From: an uncultured Actinomycetota bacterium
Lineage (GTDB): Bacteria; Actinomycetota; Thermoleophilia; RBG-16-64-13
Length of the DNA: 64,000 bases
Assembly (NCBI GenBank): GCA_963721365.1
Contig: CAVRJE010000028.1
Span: 5,030-69,029, forward strand
Reading direction: 5' to 3'
Shown here in pieces: positions 57,352 through 64,000 of this stretch (within the stretch, counting starts at the first letter, position 1; each line of letters opens with the position of its first letter). The translations under genes and the position numbers were made by a program. The notes under the pieces were generated by a model that saw only the letters and a program-made list of their open reading frames with translations, made no database searches and was not told where the DNA came from.

Positions 57352-57581
57352 GAAGCCACCCGAAGCGGAAGCTCTCTTTCGCGCACGCTCTCGGCCGCGT
57401 AGTGAAGGGCCTCCTCGACATCCTCGGGCTCAAGATCCGGGTAGTTGCCGATGATCTCGGCGACCGTCATGCCTTCGGCCACCATATCCACGACCGCAGC
57501 TACTGGAATCCTCAATCCACGCATGCAGGGCAGCCCGCCCATTTGATCGGGGTCCGTCGTAATCCGGTCGAATCTCATCAT
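57348..57581 (-). CDS. DUF433-family putative antitoxin
   Basis: [63 protein letters not shown] matches the typical DUF433 sequence pattern. Confidence 0.85.
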   Translation of the reverse strand: MMRFDRITTDPDQMGGLPCMRGLRIPVAAVVDMVAEGMTVAEIIGNYPDLEPEDVEEALHYAAESVRERELPLRVAS

Positions 57582-57720
57582 ATGGTCACCTCCGATGGAA
57601 CGAAGTCCGAGATTCGGTCACTTGATCGCACATGTCGCGTTCAGTATAGCCCGAGGGCTTGATGCCACAACTGATTCACGGTTCAGTGCTCTTCATGGTG
57701 ATGCGAACGGGGCGCGAATG

Positions 57721-58329
57721 CTATCGAACCACGCTCGGCTGCCGTTCGCTTGGCCCCGTGATGATCTTCTCCAGCTCCGACAACGGGAACTCATTCGGGC
57801 TCTCGGTATCTATGGCAGTCACGCGCCTGGCGGTGCCGCTCGTATCCACGGCCCATACGGTCCAGTTGGCCTGCACCCAGTATTCGTGTTCTTTGAGGTC
57901 CGGCGTGCCGAAGTACGCCGTCTTCACCAGCGGGAGCAGGAACTTGTCGCCCGGCTTCGCGTCGAGCGGGTACTTCTCCCGCACCTCATAGGTGACCCCG
58001 TCCAGTTCGATGGTCCCGTTCCCCAGCACGTACACCGTGATCTGCTTCGGGATGCTGTCCGGCCCGTAGGCCTTCTCCACCTGAAGGACGTACCCCTTGT
58101 AGACGATGGGCTGGGACGAGGGGTTGCGGCGCAGGGGAAGCACCTCGGTCACCGCGGCCAGGGCGATCGCATCGGCTGTGGAGAACGAGTACATGGCGGA
58201 CATGAGCTCCAGGTCCCGCGGCTCCTGTATCAGGATGACGGGGTGGGCGGTGCCGGCCGCGCTCGCGTCCACGATTGTGGTGACCGGGGCGCTGGTGGTG
58301 GTCGCCTGCCCCTCCGGCCCCGCGATCAT
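57721..58329 (-). CDS. Hypothetical protein, paralog of the C-terminal domain of 58326..59432 (no signal peptide)
   Basis: ADAIALAAVTEVLPLR...VYKGYVLQVEKAYGPDSIPKQITVYVLGNGTIELDGVTYEVREKYPLDAKPGDKFLLPLVK...GTPDLKEHEYWVQAN aligns with the upstream gene. The ATG overlaps the upstream stop (ATGA). Confidence 0.65.
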   Translation of the reverse strand: MIAGPEGQATTTSAPVTTIVDASAAGTAHPVILIQEPRDLELMSAMYSFSTADAIALAAVTEVLPLRRNPSSQPIVYKGYVLQVEKAYGPDSIPKQITVYVLGNGTIELDGVTYEVREKYPLDAKPGDKFLLPLVKTAYFGTPDLKEHEYWVQANWTVWAVDTSGTARRVTAIDTESPNEFPLSELEKIITGPSERQPSVVR

Positions 58330-59432
58330 CTCTTCAACTCCGCCAGCGAGAACTCATTCCGATTCTCGGGCATCAGGTCGGCACCGGTCACGCGCTCGCA
58401 GTCGCCGAAGGCATCCACCGCGAACACGGCACAGTTGGCCTGCACCCAGTATTCGTCTGCTTTGAGGTCCGGGGTGCCGAACGGCGTGAACTTGACCAAC
58501 GGGAGCAGGAGCCTGTCGCCCGGCTGTACGTCCAGTGGGTACTTCTCGCGCACCTGGTAGGTCGTGCCGTCCAGCGCGACGGTCCCGTTCCCCAGGGCGT
58601 AGATCGTGATCGTTTTCGGGATACTGTCCGGCCCGTAGGCCTTTTCCACCTCTAGGACGTACCCCTTGTAGACGACCGGCCGGCGTTCGTTCTGTCCGAG
58701 GGTGTCCGGCGCCCCGGCCAGGGGGTTACCACGCAGCGGAAGCACCTCAGTCACCGTCGCCAGGGCGATCGCGTCGGCGATGATGAAGGAGTTCACCGGG
58801 CTTAAGTACTCGGGATTCGGCTGGTCCTGTAGCTGGATGATGGGGAGAGAGGAGCCTTGCTCGTCACTCTCCAGGATCGTGGTGATCGGGAGGCTGCTCG
58901 TGGTGCTGACCGGTGCAAGGAGGCCGGTGCGTCCTGGCTGGATGGCCACTATGGTGATCGTTTGCTTGTCCGGGTCCACCGCGATGGTTATGGTGAACTC
59001 GGCCGGTTCGCTCCCACCCCCCAGGAACAGGACGTCGTTGTCGACCTTGGTGGCGTCACCCATGGCGGCCGCGCTCACCACCCGGAACCTGGTGGGCTGT
59101 TTGAGCGACGAGAGCATCTGAGCTAGACCTTCCTGGGCCGAGGGGGCCGCGAGGGCCTGCATGGAAGCGAGATCCGTCTTCCCACCCAGGTACGAGATCA
59201 CCGCATCCCCGAAGTCCTCGAGCGCGGTTTGGCCTGTGGTCATGGCGATGCCGAGGGCCGGCGAGGTGGTCATGGGCTGGTCCGCTGTGGCGACGCCGAG
59301 GGCCGGCGAGGTGCTCATGGGCCGGTCCGCGTTCGAATAGGCGCACGAGGAGAGCAGGAGCGCGGCTGCAAGTAGAACCGCGCAGGCGACAACGGTCGCC
59401 AGGGTCCGGGAATACCTAGTAGATATACACAT
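58326..59432 (-). CDS. Hypothetical lipoprotein with two-domain architecture
   Basis: The signal and lipobox are LATVVACAVLLAAALLLSSCA. There is an internal duplication DRPMSTSPALGVATA/DQPMTTSPALGIAMT. The C-terminal domain is shared with 57721..58329. The 368-aa ORF is uninterrupted. Confidence 0.7.
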   Translation of the reverse strand: MCISTRYSRTLATVVACAVLLAAALLLSSCAYSNADRPMSTSPALGVATADQPMTTSPALGIAMTTGQTALEDFGDAVISYLGGKTDLASMQALAAPSAQEGLAQMLSSLKQPTRFRVVSAAAMGDATKVDNDVLFLGGGSEPAEFTITIAVDPDKQTITIVAIQPGRTGLLAPVSTTSSLPITTILESDEQGSSLPIIQLQDQPNPEYLSPVNSFIIADAIALATVTEVLPLRGNPLAGAPDTLGQNERRPVVYKGYVLEVEKAYGPDSIPKTITIYALGNGTVALDGTTYQVREKYPLDVQPGDRLLLPLVKFTPFGTPDLKADEYWVQANCAVFAVDAFGDCERVTGADLMPENRNEFSLAELKR

Positions 59433-61335
59433 ACGTCCCGACCGGGATCAGCGGATAGAGCTCGCGCTGGTCCCAGATCTGCGTGCGGATACAGCCGTGG
59501 CTGGCCCGGCGCGGGGAACGTTGGGATACCCGTGGATGGCCAGATACGCCGTGGGCACGGAGGTACATCGGGTGCCAGCGCGGGTTGGTCTCCAGGGTCT
59601 TGCGCATGATCTTGTACGTTCCGGAGGGCGTCTCGAACCCGACGCTCGGGCTGCCGGTGGACACGGGGATGGTCCACAGCACGGCCCCGTCCTTGCAGTA
59701 GAGGAGCACCTGCTTGGTCTTGTCGACCTCGATCCAGGGGTCGCTGCCGCCGCTTCTTGCTGGGCGTGGGCCGGGTGGCGGTCTGCAGCCGGGCGAAGAC
59801 CTCGTCGCTGAGCTTGCCGTTCCGCGACAGCCCCTCCCACTTCTGGAAGGCGATGACGGCACCGCGCGTCTGGCGGTCGACCACGCCGTCGACAGTCCCC
59901 GGCCGGTAGGAGAGGTCCGCGAGCTTCTGCTCGGCCCACATGATCCGCAGGGCGTGCACGTCGGTGGTGGCCGGCAGGACGCCGAGCACGTCGAACGCGT
60001 CCACGTCGATGGCCGCGCCCGCGGCGTTGTTCTTGTCCCACGAGATCTGGACGGTGTGCGTCCCCGCGGCCAACGTGCCGGTGGACCAGACCTTCTGCTG
60101 ATAGAGGGTGGTCGGCTCCGGACAGATGGACGAGCTGCGCCGGGCCGCTATCGACCGACACGTCGGCGTCGCCCAATCCCGGGCCGGTGGTGGCCAGCCA
60201 ATCGAGCTGCTTGCCGGTGAAGGTCACGGTGACCATGGCCTGGCCGGTGCCGGCCCGCTTGTCGCTGCCACCGGAGGCCAGGAAGACGGGGTTCGCGGTC
60301 CACGTGCCCCAGTACGAGCACGCGCGGGTCGCTGTCTTGGAGGCGGTGCCACACGTAGGCCTGGGTCATCGTGCCCGCGACCAGGAACCCGTCCGCGCCC
60401 ACGGAGGTGCCGGATGGCGGCGCTCGGCGCTCCCGGCGGCCGTCCATTCGATCTTGACGGTGTGCGCTCCCGAAGTCAGCTGCCCGGTGTCCCAGAGTTT
60501 CTGCTGATAGAGGGTCGAGGCGCCTGTAGAGGTCGACGTGAAGGTCTGGGCCTCATCCAGTGTCACCTTCGCGACTGCCGCCCGTCGGATCCTTCTGGCC
60601 CACCCAGGCCAGATAGGTGCCGGTGAAGCTGGCCGTCACCGCGCCGCCCGTGGAAGTGGTGTAGATGTCTCCGCCCCCCGAGGATGCAGAACCCGTCCGT
60701 GGCGTCCAGGAGCCTTCGTAGGCAAGAAGGGAGTTGTTCTGCTCCACCCACTGGCACTTGACCAGGGTTCCGACCACGTCGACGGCGTCGATGGTTAGGT
60801 ACGCGCCGGAAGCGCTGTCTGCGTTCCGGACGATCCTCACCGTGTGCACGCCGCTGGTGAGAGTCCCGGTGGACCAGACGACGCTGCTGATAGGCGGCGG
60901 CAGGATTGCCGAGGTTGACGGTCTTCACGAAGACGCCGTCGAGGTACACGTCGGCCGCGCCGGCCGTGGTGTTGCAGCGTGGCGATCCAGTCGAGCCGCG
61001 TTCCGTTGAACGCTATGTTGACGGAGGCGCCGGCGTGTTGGCGCGGGCGTAGCTACGGTCGGAGGCGGCGGTCTTCTTGACGGTGGTCCACGTGCCCGAG
61101 TAGGAGATCGCCGGGTCGGTCTGGTCGTACCTGGTCAGCGCAGGAGCCGCGGGGAACGCTGAGGATGTGGAGGTGCCGGCGGCTGTTGAGGCCGCGGAGC
61201 TGCCGGCGGCTTCGTCGCGGTCGTGGAGGTACCGGCGGGATCGGCGGCCAGCGCCACGCCGGCGACGATGGGGGTGCTGAAGGCGAAGACAATGGCGGTG
61301 ACGAACAAAAGCCCGCGGGTTGCGCGTACGCCCAC
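59416..61335 (-). pseudogene. Secreted multi-domain L,D-transpeptidase: signal peptide, 3 CBM-like beta-sandwich repeats, PG_binding_1, YkuD domain; many (at least 8) frame changes
   Basis: VGVRATRGLLFVTAIVFAFSTPIVAGVALA is the signal. The repeats end ...GVHTVRIVRNADSASGAYLTIDAVDVVG / ...GAHTVKIEWTAAGS / ...GTHTVQISWDKNNAAGAAIDVDAFDVLG. YRPGTVDGVVDRQTRGAVIAFQKWEGL is the peptidoglycan-binding domain. IEVDKTKQVLLYCKDGAVLWTIPVSTGS...ASHGCIRT...YPLIPVGTYVYIY-stop is the YkuD catalytic SHGC part. The GTG at 61335 follows GGAGGGG. Confidence 0.75.
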
Positions 61336-61561
61336 TTCGGAACCCCTCCGTTCTCGAGAGCCTTTGCAGGTCACCCATGGGGCGCGTGGGAACACGGGGC
61401 GCCCATGGCCGACCCTTTCAGGTGCCCACGCTACCATGCGGCACAGGACCACGCGCTCCGCTTTTCGCCCTTTATGACTACTTTACGGATCGGGCGTCCG
61501 CATGCTTCTGACCCGTTTGGGGTAAGGAGCGACGCAAATCATCTATGACCTGGAGGGGGAA

Positions 61562-62203
61562 ATGAGAATCGGCAGACCGCTTTTCTATCTGATCCCTGTC
61601 GCGCTTCTGCTCCTGTTCGCCGGGCTGATGCTCGCCGGCTGCGGCGGCACGACCACTACGACACAGACGAGTACCCAGACCACGGCGGCCGGGGGACCAG
61701 GCGGCGCGGCTCCGGTCCGGTTCGTGATAAGCCTTTCCGGGGATGAGGTAGTGCCGCCGGCCGCGACCTCGGCCAGCGGGACCTTCACCCTCTTCGTGGA
61801 AGGCGGCCCCAGCCCCACCGGACAGCCCCGCATATCGTACGAGCTCGACGTCAAGGATATCGTCGACGTCTCAGCGTCCCATATCCACTTGGGCGCCAAG
61901 GGCGCCGAGGGCTCGGTCGTCGTCCCGCTCTTCACCGGCCCGGCCAAGACCGGCAGCTTCAGCGGGGTGTTGGCCCAGGGTTCGATCACCGACGCTAACC
62001 TGACGGGCCCGATGTCCGGCAAGACCGTCTCCGATCTGCTCGCTGCCATGCAGGCCGGCAACACCTACGTGAACGTGCACACCAAGGCCTTCCCGAACGG
62101 CGAGATCAGGGGACAGATCATCATGACCACGGGCGGCGCGACCACGGAGACGAGCGCGGCAGGCGGCGGGTCCACGACCACGTCGGCGGCGGGCGGCTAT
62201 TGA
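61562..62203 (+). CDS. CHRD-domain lipoprotein
   Basis: The lipobox is LFAGLMLAGCGG, followed by a Thr-rich linker. LSGDEVVPPAATSASGTFTLF...SASHIHLGAKGAEGSVVVPLF...GNTYVNVHTKAFPNGEIRGQI are the CHRD hallmarks. The ATG follows GGAGGGGGAA. Confidence 0.85.
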   Translation: MRIGRPLFYLIPVALLLLFAGLMLAGCGGTTTTTQTSTQTTAAGGPGGAAPVRFVISLSGDEVVPPAATSASGTFTLFVEGGPSPTGQPRISYELDVKDIVDVSASHIHLGAKGAEGSVVVPLFTGPAKTGSFSGVLAQGSITDANLTGPMSGKTVSDLLAAMQAGNTYVNVHTKAFPNGEIRGQIIMTTGGATTETSAAGGGSTTTSAAGGY

Positions 62204-62216
62204 GTCGGGTGCGGCC

Positions 62217-63230
62217 ATGCGCTATCTCGTAACAGGAGCGACGGGTTTCATCGGCGCCGAGGTGGTACGCCAACTGGCCGCGGCGGGCCATGAGGTGGTG
62301 GCGCTCGTGCGCGATCCGACGCGGGTGAAGGCCGCGGCGAGCAGAGACGAGCCCGCTGCTGCGGCCCAGGGTACTCCTCGCCCCAGGGTGACGTCACCGA
62401 AAGGGAGACTCTGCGGGCACCCATGACCGGTGTCGACGGGGTCTTCCACGTCGCGGGATGGTGCAGAGATCGGGGCGCGAGACAAGACGCCGGCGTTCAG
62501 CACGAATGTCGAGGGCACGCGGAACGTCCTTGAAACGGCCGGGGAGCTTGCCGTAGGCAAGATCGTGTACACGAGTACCTTGGCGGTATTCTCCGACACC
62601 GGCGGGCGGGTGGTCGACGAGGACTACTACTTCACGGGCAAGCACATCAGCGTGTACGACGCGACCAAGTGGAAAGCCCACTACGAAGTCGCGCTGCCGC
62701 TCATGCGGACAGGCCTTCCGGCCGTCATCGTCCAACCGGGCGCGGTATACGGCCCGGGTGACAGGGGTCCCTTGGCCGACACGTTCGTCGCCTACCTGCG
62801 ACGGAGATTACCTCTGGTTCCCCAGAAGAACGCCTATTGCTGGGGCCATGTGGCCGATACTGCCCGGGCCCATCTTCTGGCCATGGAGAGGGGGCGGACG
62901 GGAGAGTCATACATCATCGCCGGTCCGTGCCACGAGTTGAGCCGGGTGCTGGCACTCCTCGAGCAGCTGACCGGCATCCCTTTGCCTCGCCTGCACTCCT
63001 CACCACGCGTCCTCAGAACGCTCTCCCGACTCTTGGGGCCGATCGATCGCCTCCACCGGCTGGAGGGCAACTTCTTCTCCCGAGACTTTGCGGGTGGGCG
63101 CCGGCGCTACCTACCTGGGCACCAACGCGGAGGCGGTAAGGGAGCTAGGAATCTCGATGAGACCCATCGAAGAAGGGCTGCGAGAGTCGCTCCCGTGGTA
63201 TCGCGAGCTTGCGGCGACCGGGGCTGAGCG
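62217..63230 (+). pseudogene. NAD-dependent epimerase/dehydratase (extended SDR), about 3 frame changes; 3' end uncertain
   Basis: MRYLVTGATGFIGAEVVRQLAAAGHEVVALVRDP / ...MTGVDGVFHVAGW...NVEGTRNVLETAGELAVGKIVYTSTLAVF...YDATKWKAHYEV...VIVQPGAVYGPGD... / ...LRVGAGATYLGTNAEAVRELGISMRPIEEGLRESLPWY. Confidence 0.75.
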
Positions 63231-63296
63231 CCCGAGGTTGAGGCGCCCGGGGCTGAGGGCGCGGGAAGATTGGAGCGATTCCCCAACTAGTGCGCA

Positions 63297-63392
63297 CCGG
63301 ACTGAGGCGCGGCCAACTGCGGGCCTTCTTCAGCCCGCCCAGCCGCGCCGGACTCGAACGTTCCTGGAGCCTCGAGGACAAGGTCCGCTCCG
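63297..63392 (+). repeat. 96-bp direct repeat, copy B (intergenic orphan copy of an internal dnaE2 fragment)
   Basis: It shows 94/96 identity to 52271-52366 in the same orientation. Flanks on both sides are unrelated to dnaE2. Confidence 0.9.
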
Positions 63393-63460
63393 GTCTTGGG
63401 ACGACTTGTCGGTGCGCACCAGGTGGTGCCGCGCCCCCTTTCATGACATGGTAGCAGGCC

Positions 63461-64000
63461 ATGAGCACCGACCCCGCCCCCACCACCAACCCCGCCGCCA
63501 CAACTGGTCCAGACACCAACCCCACTCTGCGCCACCGCCTCCCCCTCTACCCCAGCCAGTTCCTCGTAGCGATGGCCATCGTCTCCATCGGCCCGCTGCT
63601 CCACCCCATGATGCGCGACCTGGGCGTGCCGCTCAGCCGGGGCGGGCTGGTCAGCGCCGGGCTGTTCATCGGGAACGCCTCGGCCATCGTGATTCTCAAC
63701 ACCGCTCTGGCTCGATTCCCGGCCAAGAACGATCCTTCTCAGCGGCACCCTCATCCAGGCGGCAGCGCTGGCCGTGGCCGGGGCCGCTTCCCGGGGTCTG
63801 TGGTCGCTGTTCGCCGCCTACCTGTTCGTCGGGTTCGGCGGGGCGCTCATGAACACCACCTGCTGGATATGGATCTCCGCGCACATGGTCCACAACCGGG
63901 CGGCGGCGGCCCTGCGGATGATCCTGTTCTTCGCGCTCGCGATGATGGTGGTCCCGCTGATCCTCGGGGTCGCGCTGGACGCGGGCGCTTCCTGGCGCTG
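63461..64000 (+). pseudogene. MFS-type transporter, 5' part (runs off the window), one frame change (~63725)
   Basis: MSTDPAPTTNP...LYPSQFLVAMAIVSIGPLLHPMMRDLGVPLSRGGLVSAGLFIGNASAIVILNTALARFPAK is followed, in the +1 frame, by TILLSGTLIQAAALAVAGAASRGLWSLFAAYLFVGFGGALMNTTCWIWISAHM...LFFALAMMVVPLILGVAL. This ORF is not in the ORF track because it is open-ended. Confidence 0.6.

Noticed and set aside
57850-58690. A possible diversity-generating retroelement template/variable repeat pair, suggested by ~250 bp at ~80% identity between 57860-58110 and 58430-58680.
   Set aside because: The mismatches involve all four bases rather than being adenine-specific, and no reverse transcriptase is in the window. 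The two copies are simply homologous domains of tandem paralogous genes.
52271-63392. A classical integrase-mediated genomic island with attL/attR formed by the 96-bp repeats.
   Set aside because: No integrase, recombinase or excisionase gene lies between or beside the repeats. The repeat is internal to dnaE2 rather than at its 3' end, and the sequence beyond copy B does not continue as dnaE2. It is kept only as a recombination-scar hypothesis in the findings.
1-64000. CRISPR arrays, rRNA genes, IS elements or transposases, and prophage structural genes.
   Set aside because: I saw no regularly spaced direct repeats, no rRNA-like conserved stretches, and no transposase, integrase or phage-capsid-like ORFs in any frame. 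The only repeats are the ones listed as features.

Overview
This is a very GC-rich bacterial chromosomal window. It has strong GGAGG-type ribosome-binding sites, Tat/lipobox signals and Thr/Ala/Pro-rich linkers, so it looks like a high-GC Gram-positive-type lineage. I found no rRNA, tRNA, CRISPR array, transposase, integrase or reverse transcriptase. Gene blocks in order: (1) 1-13.7 kb holds a xanthine-dehydrogenase-family (molybdenum hydroxylase) cluster with a YqeB selenium-maturation marker, an OYE/FadH-like enoate reductase, an SDR, hydrolases, an IclR regulator and an orphan solute-binding protein. (2) 13.9-17.8 kb holds miscellaneous genes (methyltransferase, NYN/LOTUS protein, Tag). (3) 18-19.8 kb holds a CoA-transferase A/B pair preceded by a structured leader RNA. 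(4) 20.3-27.6 kb holds a cbb3-type heme-copper oxidase cluster (ccoN, a fused ccoO-cytochrome c gene, several small membrane ORFs, a CopC-CopD fusion). (5) 28.4-30.8 kb holds arsM-acr3 divergent from arsR. (6) 30.8-38.8 kb holds envelope and miscellaneous genes. (7) 38.8-42.5 kb holds bifunctional putA. (8) 42.6-47.7 kb holds vapBC, an agmatinase, padR, a radical-SAM/DUF2284 pair and hicAB. (9) 47.9-52.9 kb holds a dnaE2-type polymerase behind two LexA (Cheo) boxes. (10) 52.9-63.4 kb is an accessory segment (vapBC-like pair, pRiA4b-ORF3-like gene, orphan hicB, methyltransferase-Mrr fusion, DUF433/DUF5615 pair, tandem lipoproteins, multi-domain L,D-transpeptidase, CHRD protein, epimerase). It ends at a 96-bp copy of an internal dnaE2 fragment. 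The dominant feature is that about half of the genes need frameshift corrections, plus two in-frame TAGs, to give the conserved protein. Neighbouring long genes are untouched. I cannot tell from sequence alone whether this is patchy assembly error or real selective gene decay. Other items worth follow-up are a permuted XDH subunit architecture, a low-GC triple-TGCA motif family inside dnaE2-specific insertions, and the structured CoA-transferase leader. All coordinates of frame changes are hand estimates.
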